Virus record (IMG/VR): IMGVR_UViG_3300046524_000328
Length of the DNA stretch: 64,000 bases
Origin: an uncultured virus (IMG/VR IMGVR_UViG_3300046524_000328)
Taxonomy: Duplodnaviria; Heunggongvirae; Uroviricota; Caudoviricetes
Reading direction: 5' to 3' (one strand)
The notes under the pieces were generated by a model. The model saw only the letters and a program-made list of their open reading frames with translations, made no database searches and was not told where the DNA came from. Positions 1-8,702 of the stretch are shown here, in pieces. Numbering within the stretch: the first letter of the stretch is position 1; each line of letters opens with the position of its first letter. Both the position numbers and the translations under genes were made by a program.

Positions 1-635
1 TCGAAGGTCACTGCCGCCTTGTCGCCTTCCACGAACTGATCGCCGAGGGCAAGGAAATCCTGCTCGTGGCTGTGCGCCAGTTCAACGGCAATGATGAGGA
101 CGCGGATATCCACGTTCTCAACAGTTCGGGGCAGTTGCTCTTGACGCGGCTCGAACAGGGCCGCAAGTGCCGGGACCGCGTGAGGCTTGGCTGGACGGTC
201 GCGCAGATTGCCGAGCGCGTGCGCAAGTCGCCGAGCTACGTCGAGCAAAACCTCATGCTGGCGAACGCAGATTCTGACGTGCAACGCCTGCTCGAAGCTG
301 AAACGGTGTCGGCAAAAGTCGCGCTGGCCGCCATCCGCAAGCACGGCGCGAAAGCCGGTTCCTACCTGCAAAGCCTTGTCGATGACACCAACGGCAAGGT
401 CACGCCGGGCAAGGCGGCCCCTACCCTCTCGCCGAAGCTGGCCGTGCGCGCGGCCGATTCGATGGCCGGGCTTTTCGGGCGATTCCGCCCCGAACGCCTG
501 GAGGAAATCCGCACGGCCGCGCCCGAAAGCGTCGTTTCCGTGCGCGCTGCCGACCTGCAAGCCCTTCTCGAAGTGCACGACGCACACCTCAAAAAGCTCG
601 TGCGCAAGGATGAAACGCAGAAGGAGGCCACTTAA
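1..635 (+). CDS. ParB/Spo0J-like protein, 5'-truncated by the window edge
   Basis: The frame is open from nt 3 and reads EGHCRL (a GxxR ParB box variant), followed by the HTH-like segment GWTVAQIAERVRKSPSYVEQNL. Confidence 0.7.
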   Translation, partial: EGHCRLVAFHELIAEGKEILLVAVRQFNGNDEDADIHVLNSSGQLLLTRLEQGRKCRDRVRLGWTVAQIAERVRKSPSYVEQNLMLANADSDVQRLLEAETVSAKVALAAIRKHGAKAGSYLQSLVDDTNGKVTPGKAAPTLSPKLAVRAADSMAGLFGRFRPERLEEIRTAAPESVVSVRAADLQALLEVHDAHLKKLVRKDETQKEAT

Positions 636-1064
636 ATGCCGGTCATGACCGATGACGGGATCGCTGTGCCTATCGAGCAGCGCGACGCGTGGCGGTGCCC
701 GTCACATGGCGCGGGCACGCCCCTGCGGCTATTCGGATTGACGCTGCATTGCGTGCTATGTGGCGAGCAATGTGAGGTCCGGCCATCCGTTATTGCCGCG
801 CAACGCCATGCCTCACGCGCCCTTTCGCCGCGAAAAAATGGATGCCACAACCGCCCGGAAGGGCGGCCATCCTACAATGCGCAGGACGGCTATATCGAGT
901 TTCCATTGCCGGACGGCACGCCGCAACGCGCGCCAAAATGGGTGCTCGTGCAGGACAACGTTATGTCGAAAGACTGCCGACACAGCCTGCTTACAGACGA
1001 TCCGGGCTGCACCGGATGCCGCCACAATCAACGGGAAAAAACCCCGGATGGGGACAATCAATGA
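636..1064 (+). CDS. Cys-rich hypothetical phage protein
   Basis: AGGAGG SD; CPSH, CVLC, CHNR and CTGC motifs; abuts the upstream stop. Confidence 0.6.
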   Translation: MPVMTDDGIAVPIEQRDAWRCPSHGAGTPLRLFGLTLHCVLCGEQCEVRPSVIAAQRHASRALSPRKNGCHNRPEGRPSYNAQDGYIEFPLPDGTPQRAPKWVLVQDNVMSKDCRHSLLTDDPGCTGCRHNQREKTPDGDNQ

Positions 1065-1261
1065 AACCGATTTTCCGCCATATTCCGACGTACCTGATCG
1101 CTATCACCGGTGCGCTTGCGCTGCTTGCATTGCAGGCCCGACTCGACCCGCCGCCTGCCGACCCGTGCAAAACGGCCGCCCTACCCCGCCCGTCCAATGG
1201 CCTGCTGGCCGTCTCTCACCGTCTCTCCTGTGAGCGCGTCCCGCCTGAAATCAAGGCTTAA
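1061..1261 (+). CDS. small membrane protein
   Basis: ATGA overlap with the upstream gene; hydrophobic stretch YLIAITGALALLAL. Confidence 0.5.
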   Translation: MKPIFRHIPTYLIAITGALALLALQARLDPPPADPCKTAALPRPSNGLLAVSHRLSCERVPPEIKA

Positions 1262-1307
1262 CGCCTCCTTCCCGTATTGCCTCACCTGTACGCATAACGT
1301 GTAACCC

Positions 1308-1773
1308 ATACCAACTGGTATTAAACACACGTTATGCCGTTTCTCGACACCACCCTTTCACACATTCGCGCGGCACTGATACCAGTTGGTATTAGACACA
1401 CTGGACCATTTTCTATTTGTCCTTGTTTGGGGTGTTGAAATCGTGCCTTTTGTTTCTTGTTATGGTTTGTTCGACTCGTTTCCTGTGTAGTTTTGTCCGT
1501 CATAACCACATAGGGTCACTTCTCACCCAAATAAGTCATGTCGAAACACATAAGATAGGTTTTATTCGCTCTTTGTGTGTCTTTTCTTGATCTAACCGGG
1601 CCGAAAGCAACAAGAAAAGAGCAGGCAGCACCCAAATTGAATGGAAAAGAGGAAATCCGTTTCCGTTAGGCCGTGATTTTGTGTCGTGTCGCTCTGAGTG
1701 TGACAGAGGAAATGAGAAAAACGTCCGAAACCCCTTATCGCGCGGGCGTGATACCAGTTGGTATCAGTCACAC
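1308..1773. repeat. three quasi-palindromic boxes ATACCA(A/G)(C/T)TGGTAT with a CACAC tail; candidate centromere or operator
   Basis: Copies at 1308-1321, 1379-1392 and 1751-1764 in the AT-rich intergenic region upstream of parA. Confidence 0.65.
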
Positions 1774-1899
1774 TTGCATCGACCGTATGTGGCGTGTTCC
1801 CTTCGCCCCACAAACCATATGGAACGGGGCTATCCGGCTTGTAGTGATATAGATAAATCAATACACTGCGCGACATATCAAGCCGAAAAGGGTCACCTC

Positions 1900-2607
1900 A
1901 TGTCGATTACGGTCGTTGCACACACAAAGGGCGGTGTTGCGAAGACAACAACCGCCGTCAACCTGGGCGTCATGCTGTCCTACGCGGGCAAGCGCGTATT
2001 GATGGTGGACGCCGACACCGGCCAGTCGCTTCGCACGTTCAGCATGGCGCGCAACGACCGCGCCGACGAGACGCTTGCGCGAGGCCCGGATGATCCCAAG
2101 GTGCGCACCGACCTGCCGTTTATCGAGGTCATCACCTTGCGCGGGCGCGACCTGCACATGCAACTGAAGGCAAAGGCGGCCGACTATGACGAAATCATTG
2201 TCGACGTCGGCGGCGAGGGCCACGGCGCGACCGAAATCCGCGCCGCACTGCTCGTTGCCTCGCGCGTGGTGACGCCTTGCAGGCCAAATCCGGCTGATAT
2301 TGCCCGGCTCGATGCGATCAACCTACTGGTCGGCGAGGCGCGCACGATGAATCCTACGCTCGACGCGATGCTTTTTCCCACGCAGGCCAGCACGAACGCG
2401 AAATCGAGCGACGTCGAGGTGTTTTACAAGGATTCGGCGAAATTCATTGAGTTCCGTACGCTCGAAACCGTCGTCAACTACCGCGCGCAGTATGCCGGAT
2501 GGGCGAAAACGGGCGAGGCCATCATTGAGCAACGGCCACGAGACAAGGGCGTCAAGGCCGCCCTCGCGGAAATGGAACAACTGCTAGTGGAGATTTACCG
2601 TGGCTGA
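1900..2607 (+). CDS. parA: ParA partition ATPase (short type Ib, no N-terminal HTH)
   Basis: Deviant Walker A KGGVAKTT, VDAD and IIVD motifs; lies next to the origin. Confidence 0.92.
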   Translation: MSITVVAHTKGGVAKTTTAVNLGVMLSYAGKRVLMVDADTGQSLRTFSMARNDRADETLARGPDDPKVRTDLPFIEVITLRGRDLHMQLKAKAADYDEIIVDVGGEGHGATEIRAALLVASRVVTPCRPNPADIARLDAINLLVGEARTMNPTLDAMLFPTQASTNAKSSDVEVFYKDSAKFIEFRTLETVVNYRAQYAGWAKTGEAIIEQRPRDKGVKAALAEMEQLLVEIYRG

Positions 2608-3064
2608 ACAACAACAGACAAAGCAGGAGCGGCAGGCCGCCGCGCGCCTAGCAGCCGAACAGGCACGCATGGCCGCGTTTCTGGACAAGGGGAACCCGGA
2701 AGCGCACGACGCGCCCGCAGAGCCGCCCGCGCCCGACGTTGAGGGCGAGGCACCGGCGAGCGACGCGCAGCCCGCTGTAGAGGCCGCCAGCGAGCCCGCC
2801 GAGGCTGTCGCGGATGCCGAGGCACCGGCCGCCGCGCAGAAACCCGCCAGCAAGGGCAAAAAGGGCAGGGACGCCGGTTTGCCGTGGGCGAACGCTCACC
2901 CGCGCGTCAAGGTCAACTTTTCGACCCAGTTCAGTGAAGAACAGCACATGAAACTGACCTGGCTCACTGAGAATATGACCGGCCGCCAGTCAATCCAGAA
3001 ACTCGTGCATGAGGCCGTCGATGCGCTGCTCGACAAGCGCATCAAGGAGATTCTGAAATCATGA
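2600..3064 (+). CDS. ParG-like/RHH-type partition protein 1
   Basis: Overlaps the parA stop; disordered N-terminus and a C-terminal beta-alpha-alpha pattern. Confidence 0.65.
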   Translation: MAEQQQTKQERQAAARLAAEQARMAAFLDKGNPEAHDAPAEPPAPDVEGEAPASDAQPAVEAASEPAEAVADAEAPAAAQKPASKGKKGRDAGLPWANAHPRVKVNFSTQFSEEQHMKLTWLTENMTGRQSIQKLVHEAVDALLDKRIKEILKS

Positions 3065-3465
3065 GATACGCGCTCAAACCCGGCTTTCAGTTCCGGCCTG
3101 AGGACTTGGTCCCTGTTCCCGACGGCGAGCCGATGCCCGCCGATCACGCGCCGCTGCCTGAGCGCGTGCTGCCATTTGAGGTCGCGCCGGTTGCGGCTGC
3201 ACAACGCATGCATCGCGCCACACCTGAGGCGACGGCAGGGCAGGGCAGGCTCGATCTGCGCGCGAAGCCTCGCAGGCCGTGGGAGGACGCTCATCCCAAG
3301 GTCACGAAGCCGTTCAATCTGCGCCCGGCAGAGGAACTGCACGCAAAGCTGAAATGGCTCGCGGAGCACATGCCGAACACCTCGATGCAGAAAATCGCCA
3401 TGCAGGGCATTGAGGAAATCGTTGATCGCCTGATCGCCCAATACGACACGCCCGACCGCGACTAA
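3061..3465 (+). CDS. RHH-type protein 2, paralogue of the upstream gene
   Basis: ATGA overlap; its C-terminus PWEDAHPKVTKPFNLR...KLKWLAEHM..SMQK aligns with PWANAHPRVKVNFSTQ...KLTWLTENM..SIQK. Confidence 0.65.
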   Translation: MRYALKPGFQFRPEDLVPVPDGEPMPADHAPLPERVLPFEVAPVAAAQRMHRATPEATAGQGRLDLRAKPRRPWEDAHPKVTKPFNLRPAEELHAKLKWLAEHMPNTSMQKIAMQGIEEIVDRLIAQYDTPDRD

Positions 3466-3466
3466 G

Positions 3467-3480
3467 ATAGATATGTCTAT
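3467..3480. promoter_or_regulatory. palindromic box ATAGATATGTCTAT (copy 1 of 3)
   Basis: Recurs at 51723-51736 and 57813-57826. Confidence 0.55.
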
Positions 3481-3485
3481 CGCCG

Positions 3486-3523
3486 AGCCCGACACTCGCC
3501 AGAGGTCGGGCTTTTTGCTTTTT
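3486..3523 (+). terminator. intrinsic terminator after the par operon
   Basis: AGCCCGAC...GTCGGGCT stem followed by a T tract. Confidence 0.75.
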
Positions 3524-3653
3524 GGGGTTTGGGTTGGGGGAAGTCTCTGAAAGAGACAACAACAGGGGTTGTTGTTGTTTTTAAGTAAACAACATCTTTA
3601 AAACCTTTAGGCTCATTAAAGCCTTATCCGGCGCGGGTTTGCGGGCAGATTCA

Positions 3654-3969
3654 GCATAGTTTGCGGGACGTCATAGCATAGTCTGCGGGACGGTTCGCGA
3701 GGGATAGAGCATAGTCTGCGGGATAAGGCATAGTCTGCGGGATGGCAATGAAAACAGGCTCGTAAACCGCCGTAACATGATGATTTATAACGATATTTAT
3801 GCGTCTATTGGGTATAGGTAAGCCAATATTGAGCATAGTCTGCGGGACAAAGAGCATAGTTTTCGGGATGCCCGGCGCGGCGCGAGGCCATAGAGCATAG
3901 TTTGCGGGATGAGGCCGCCCAATAGAGCATAGTTTGCGGGATGAATCGCATAGAGCATAGTTTGCGGGA
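3654..3969 (+). repeat. plasmid origin: 9 iterons GCATAGT(T/C)T(G/T)CGGGA split 4+5 by an AT-rich spacer
   Basis: Copies start at 3654, 3676, 3709, 3728, 3833, 3854, 3895, 3927 and 3955; AT-rich stretch at about 3770-3830; directly upstream of rep. Confidence 0.9.
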
Positions 3970-4047
3970 TAGCATAAGGCATACATATCACCTTGCCGGT
4001 ATGCTGTTAACCTACTACACTTCGCCCCATTGCATCGGGGAGAGGTC

Positions 4048-5295
4048 ATGGGGAGAGTGAAAGCGGCCGACAAGGTCGGCATTGAGGTGTTACCGGCAGA
4101 GGCCCGGTCGGCAGAACTCGCCAAGCTGGACGAACGCGAGTTGCGCAAGCACGTCGCGACAATCCACGTCAGCGGCAGTCTGTCTCTCGTTGAGCGCAAA
4201 ATCGTGAATGTGCTTTTATTGCACGCATACGATGACCTGCTCACGAAGCGTGAGCACACCATGTCGGTGAAGTTTCTGTGCGAGGCAATCGGATGGGAGG
4301 CGAGCAACGATCACAAGAAACTCGCGCAGGCCGCCGAAAACATCATGCACAACATCGTCACGCTGAACATGTTCGCGGACGGCAAAGAGGATTGGAAAAA
4401 AACGCCGCTCGTGTCGTCTATCGGCGTGAGCAATGGGCGGGTGACATACGCGTATATCGAATGGCTCGCCGACCGCCTTGCGCGCCCGGAAGTGTTCGCC
4501 GCCATCGACATTAAGATGCAACGACGCTTCAAGAGCGGTTATGCGCTCGCGCTGTATGAGAACTGCCTGCGCTATCGGACCATCGGACAAACCCGGTATG
4601 CGCCCGTCGATACGTGGCGCGAACTGCTAGGCGCGACGGGAAAAATGTACGAGCAGTACCGGCATTTTTCCAACTTCGTCTTGCAGAAGGCCATCAAGGA
4701 AGTCAACGCCGTTTCGGATATCGACGTCGAACTGCGGTTTAAAAAGGTCGGCCGCACGGTAACCGAACTGCAATTCGGCGTGACGGAAAAGGCCCAGGCG
4801 GAACTGCCGTTCGAGGCGGACCCGAAAGAGGCCATGCTGCGCGAGCAGTTGACCGCTATCGGCTTCGGTGAGTCCAGCATAAAGAGCATTCTTTCGAAGA
4901 ACCTGCCGCGCGCCGCGCTCGCGATCAAGGTCACGCTGGAGCGCGAGGCGGCGGGGAAAATCACCGGCTCGCCTGCGGGCTACTTCATGAGCGTGTTCGA
5001 GAGCGATTCGCCGCTGGATCTGCCTGAGCGCAAGACAAGGAGAGCCGTCAAAGCGCCAGCGCTGCCGTCGCCCGATGAGGTCAAGGCAGACAGGCAGGTC
5101 GCCACGACGCGCGGAGCATGGGGCAAGCTGACAGACGATGAGAAAGAGGCGATTACCGTCGCGTTCATCGAGCAGACGCACGCTCAAACGCGCATCGGCG
5201 AGAAACACGAGTTCGCCAACATCAAGGAAAAGGCCAACTGGACAGGTTTTCGCGGCAAGCGAGCCGCTGAAGTCCTCGCGAGCCGGGAGACATAA
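4048..5295 (+). CDS. plasmid replication initiator (Rep_3/RepB-type winged helix)
   Basis: LSLVERKI, SGYALALYE, VLQKAIKEVN and GRTVTELQF motifs; adjacent iterons. Confidence 0.9.
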   Translation: MGRVKAADKVGIEVLPAEARSAELAKLDERELRKHVATIHVSGSLSLVERKIVNVLLLHAYDDLLTKREHTMSVKFLCEAIGWEASNDHKKLAQAAENIMHNIVTLNMFADGKEDWKKTPLVSSIGVSNGRVTYAYIEWLADRLARPEVFAAIDIKMQRRFKSGYALALYENCLRYRTIGQTRYAPVDTWRELLGATGKMYEQYRHFSNFVLQKAIKEVNAVSDIDVELRFKKVGRTVTELQFGVTEKAQAELPFEADPKEAMLREQLTAIGFGESSIKSILSKNLPRAALAIKVTLEREAAGKITGSPAGYFMSVFESDSPLDLPERKTRRAVKAPALPSPDEVKADRQVATTRGAWGKLTDDEKEAITVAFIEQTHAQTRIGEKHEFANIKEKANWTGFRGKRAAEVLASRET

Positions 5296-5328
5296 GAGAG
5301 GCCGCCGCATTGCGCGGCGGCCGTGCCT

Positions 5329-5814
5329 TTAGTGGTGAGCGCTGGCGTAGGTTATCGATGCCATCAACGCGGCGCACGCGGCCGTGCCGTCGGGCAGCTT
5401 CACCGGCTGCACCGCCGCCTTGTCGGCCGACGAGCTTTTATCCGTTGCGGCCGTACCCCAATGCGACCAGCCGAACGCACGAACGCCCGCCCACATAAGC
5501 TGACGTCTCCACCACGGCACCGCCGTTGCGGCCGACGCCTCACGCAATACCGCGTCCGCGACGTCTCGCGAAACGATATGCGTCGAATAGAGGTAGTCAT
5601 GCACCGTCGCCGCCGCGCTCGACGTGTCGCCCGCCAGTTCATACACGACGGGAATACGCGGCACACTCGCGAAGTTGGTCACGAAGCCAGCGGGCACGGT
5701 GATCGTGCGCCGGGCGACGTCAGACTGATACACGAGGCAATCGAGCAGCCGCCAGTTGTCATCGTCTTTTGAGGTGGCGGGCTCGACGCGCAGCGGCGAC
5801 AGGAATTTGCTCAT
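5329..5814 (-). CDS. DUF1353-family protein at the end of the lysis cassette
   Basis: VPAGFVTNFASVPR, AATVHDYLY, ADAVLREA and GVRAFG signature. Confidence 0.8.
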   Translation of the reverse strand: MSKFLSPLRVEPATSKDDDNWRLLDCLVYQSDVARRTITVPAGFVTNFASVPRIPVVYELAGDTSSAAATVHDYLYSTHIVSRDVADAVLREASAATAVPWWRRQLMWAGVRAFGWSHWGTAATDKSSSADKAAVQPVKLPDGTAACAALMASITYASAHH

Positions 5815-6332
5815 TGCGCGTTGACAACCGCAATGAGCAGGGCAGCCTGCATGCCGGTGATCGCGAGGCCCGCCGCAGTCTTCGCCTTGTCATCCATGCC
5901 GGATTTTTTCACGAGGTCGAGCAGGACGGGAACCTGCGAATCGGCGAACGCTTTCACGGTTGCGAGGTCGAGTGTCGGCACGGTCGCACCACTCACCGGG
6001 TGCGCGATGGCGGCGACCACGGTGCATACCTCGCCCGCCTTGTCCTGGGCCTTTTTCACGAGGTCAATCGCGGCCGGGTCCGTTTGCAGCGTCAGTAGCG
6101 ACGCGAGGAACGGCTGGCCTACCGTGCAGTCCTTGTCGACCGTCACCGCGAGCGCGGTGAGCTTTTTCGCGGCCGTCTGCGCCGTCGGCGTTTGCGAGGC
6201 GACAGCCTGCCCGTTGCCGGATGCGACAGACGTCACAGGACCGCTCGTGTTGTACGTCGCACAGCCGGAAGCGACAGCCATCATGAGCGCGGCACCGGCG
6301 ATGACACAGGCTCTTAGAAGTCTTCTTTGCAT
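5811..6332 (-). CDS. lipoprotein with a hydrophobic C-terminus (possible spanin)
   Basis: Signal peptide with lipobox VASG-C; C-terminal AAGLAITGMQAALLIAVV. Confidence 0.65.
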   Translation of the reverse strand: MQRRLLRACVIAGAALMMAVASGCATYNTSGPVTSVASGNGQAVASQTPTAQTAAKKLTALAVTVDKDCTVGQPFLASLLTLQTDPAAIDLVKKAQDKAGEVCTVVAAIAHPVSGATVPTLDLATVKAFADSQVPVLLDLVKKSGMDDKAKTAAGLAITGMQAALLIAVVNAQ

Positions 6333-6374
6333 TGCATGCCCTACAGGTGGTTGAAAAACAGTTCGCGCCGGGCC

Positions 6375-6947
6375 TCAGTCGTGCCCTTCGCCTTCGAAGT
6401 GGTGGATAGTCGTTGTGCTGGAGAACTGGTAACCCTCGCGGGCATACCTGAGCGCGACCCAAACCGGGTGCGGCATGTCGTGAATGCCGGAGCCCTTGCC
6501 GGTATGGAAGGGCTTCGAGAGCAGCAGGCCATTCGCCGTCATGTCATCCACGAACAGATACGGGTCGCGCGGCGTGAGCACGCGCACCTCATCGGCAAGC
6601 GGGTGCGGCGCGGGGATCACGGTGACCTCTGCGCCCTCGAAAAACTTGTCCCAGTCGAATGCCTGCGCGTGCGGACCCCACGCGCCACGCTTGCAGTCGG
6701 CCGCGAAGCGCTCCCAGTCGATCATGTTCGCCATCGAGCGCTCGATAGGGTGGTGATGCGCTTCGAGCGGATGGCCGCTTTCCTCAGCCGTCGCGCCCGA
6801 TACCCAACACCGGCCGCCCTCGCGCTCAATGAGCAGCTTGCGCGAATGCGCAAACAGCGGCGTGGTAACACGCGGCTCGTGACCGGGAATGTTGACCTCA
6901 AATTCCAGCGTCTCGCGCTGGACATGCACCTCAGTAACCGTGCTCAT
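6375..6947 (-). CDS. hypothetical protein with HNH-like His motifs
   Basis: CWVSG, LEAHHHPIE, NGLLLSKPFH and GIH motifs; ATGA-coupled to the endolysin. Confidence 0.6.
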   Translation of the reverse strand: MSTVTEVHVQRETLEFEVNIPGHEPRVTTPLFAHSRKLLIEREGGRCWVSGATAEESGHPLEAHHHPIERSMANMIDWERFAADCKRGAWGPHAQAFDWDKFFEGAEVTVIPAPHPLADEVRVLTPRDPYLFVDDMTANGLLLSKPFHTGKGSGIHDMPHPVWVALRYAREGYQFSSTTTIHHFEGEGHD

Positions 6948-7579
6948 GCGATGACTTCCTTAGCCAGTTGCCACAGGCCGATGCGAGCCGCACCGCCGAT
7001 ATCGCCGCCGTTGATGACGGCCGTTGTTGCCTTGAAATTGCCCGTATCGGCAATCTCGTTGAGGCCGTGCGCCTTCCAGAACCACGCTGCGCCGCGCGCA
7101 CCGTGCACCGGCTGCTCGAACAGTTCCGGGTGCGCCACAACGTCGATCTTCAGCGTGGTTTTCGCGGCGACGTAGTTCGCTTTTCCAGTGATCTGCAACG
7201 GGCACCGGCCGCGATACAGAAAGCCCTCGCCGCTCGACTCGCTGCCGTTGCCGAGCCGGTTCGCATAGACGTTGTTCGCGATGGCCGCAGGTCTGCGCGC
7301 AAGCGTCAGCGCGAGCGTGTTGGGCGCACCGCCGCGCTTGCCCGTCGCGCTGTAGCGGTCCCATGTGTTCGCCAGTCCCTGCGCGGAGTAATTGAGGTTC
7401 TCCGACAGGCGCGAGAGACTTGCCGACTCGTGCATGCACTGCGCGATGAACATTTCGATGCGCTGTTCCGTCGTGATGGCGAACTCAGCCATCGCCGCGT
7501 TAAGCGCATCGACCCATACAGGCAGGTCTGCCGACGTGCCCGGTGCGAGTCGCTTCAGTTCTGCGAGCGTGATCTGCAT
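6944..7579 (-). CDS. endolysin, glycoside hydrolase family 19
   Basis: FIAQCMHES, ENLNYS, YRGRCPLQITGKANY, AAWFW and INGG motifs; start couples to the upstream stop (TAATG). Confidence 0.9.
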   Translation of the reverse strand: MQITLAELKRLAPGTSADLPVWVDALNAAMAEFAITTEQRIEMFIAQCMHESASLSRLSENLNYSAQGLANTWDRYSATGKRGGAPNTLALTLARRPAAIANNVYANRLGNGSESSGEGFLYRGRCPLQITGKANYVAAKTTLKIDVVAHPELFEQPVHGARGAAWFWKAHGLNEIADTGNFKATTAVINGGDIGGAARIGLWQLAKEVIA

Positions 7580-8004
7580 TACGTGCCCTCGCCAGGCGTC
7601 GTACCGCTCATACGGCTCACCCATGCCACGAAGCCGCTTACGGCCGGTTCGAGCACGCGCGAGCCGCTATAGCCGCCGAGCGTGATGAGTCCGGCCTGCA
7701 CGACGGATTGCCAGTTGAAATACGAGCCGAGAAAGAAAATGCACAGCCCGACGACAATCGACGTCAACAGGTCTTTCACGATTTCAAGCGCCACGCTTTT
7801 GACGACGGTCGCCGGGTCTGCGATCTTCTGCGCGGTGTATGCCGAGCCGCCGATGATCGCGAGCAGAACAGAGATACCGATTGCAGCGGCCGGAATGTCG
7901 CGCAGGTCGTGCGCGAACGTCACCTGAGCAGCTACGGCCGCAGCCGACCAAAAGAGCAGCAGCAGCGCGTAGAACAGTCGTTTCAGTTGCAGGCTTTGAG
8001 GCAT
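7579..8004 (-). CDS. holin-like membrane protein
   Basis: 3-4 hydrophobic segments; immediately upstream of the endolysin. Confidence 0.65.
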   Translation of the reverse strand: MPQSLQLKRLFYALLLLFWSAAAVAAQVTFAHDLRDIPAAAIGISVLLAIIGGSAYTAQKIADPATVVKSVALEIVKDLLTSIVVGLCIFFLGSYFNWQSVVQAGLITLGGYSGSRVLEPAVSGFVAWVSRMSGTTPGEGT

Positions 8005-8414
8005 GTCGCGTCCTTGGAGCGTTGATGTGCGTCAATCAGAGAAAAGGTCACGACGAGCAGCGCGTGCCAGAGACATGCGACCGCGAGGCCCGGCGATGCA
8101 AGTTTCAGCACCGCGATAAACAGGACAGCGACGTAACAGAAGGCGAGGGATGAAAAGCCGAAATGCCGGTGAGTTCGAAGCCAGGCGAACTCAACCGGCA
8201 AAAGAGGTGTGTCGTTGATGAGGACGTCGAGAATGCCCGCGACGCCGCAAATGAGCATGAGCCAGAGCAGGGTGTAGCCCTCATCGCTCACCGCGATTTG
8301 GGCATACAGGGAGCGTGGCTCAGACATGCTGATGTACCACGTCAGGATTGCGATACCACAGACGTAAAGCCGGAACAGGGCACTTGCTACACACACTTGC
8401 GGGCGCGATTTCAT
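7983..8414 (-). CDS. 4-TM membrane protein (holin or antiholin candidate)
   Basis: Four hydrophobic segments; first gene of the lysis cassette. Confidence 0.55.
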   Translation of the reverse strand: MKSRPQVCVASALFRLYVCGIAILTWYISMSEPRSLYAQIAVSDEGYTLLWLMLICGVAGILDVLINDTPLLPVEFAWLRTHRHFGFSSLAFCYVAVLFIAVLKLASPGLAVACLWHALLVVTFSLIDAHQRSKDATCLKACN

Positions 8415-8444
8415 CGTGCGTCGCCTTATCGGTTGACTGGGGAA

Positions 8445-8702
8445 CTAGCGAATACGTCTCGCCGCTATCGCCTTACCGAGGCCGCCAATTGCGCGCACGA
8501 TGTTGTCTAGCCGCTCACATACTGCGAGGAACATGTTCCCCTGCGATTCGCGGCCTTTCTTCCAATCTTTGAACGCATCCGACTCGAACACTTCTTTGTG
8601 ATCCGAGCGGCGCATTGCGCTGGCCTCTTCATAGGACAGGCCATAGTTTAGAAACAGGTTTGCGACCTGCTCTCTAAGATTTTCCAGAGACGTTAAGCGC
8701 AA
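8445..8702 (-). CDS. small tail/baseplate assembly segment, possibly expressed by frameshift from the upstream gene
   Basis: Protein-like TSLENLREQVANLFLNYGLSYEEASAM overlaps the end of the upstream ORF in the +1 frame; only a TTG start with no SD. Confidence 0.5.
   Translation of the reverse strand: MRLTSLENLREQVANLFLNYGLSYEEASAMRRSDHKEVFESDAFKDWKKGRESQGNMFLAVCERLDNIVRAIGGLGKAIAARRIR

Noticed and set aside
3654..3969. CRISPR-like repeat array
   Set aside because: Repeats are 15 bp with irregular 4-90 bp gaps, lie next to a Rep gene and have no cas genes nearby; they are iterons.
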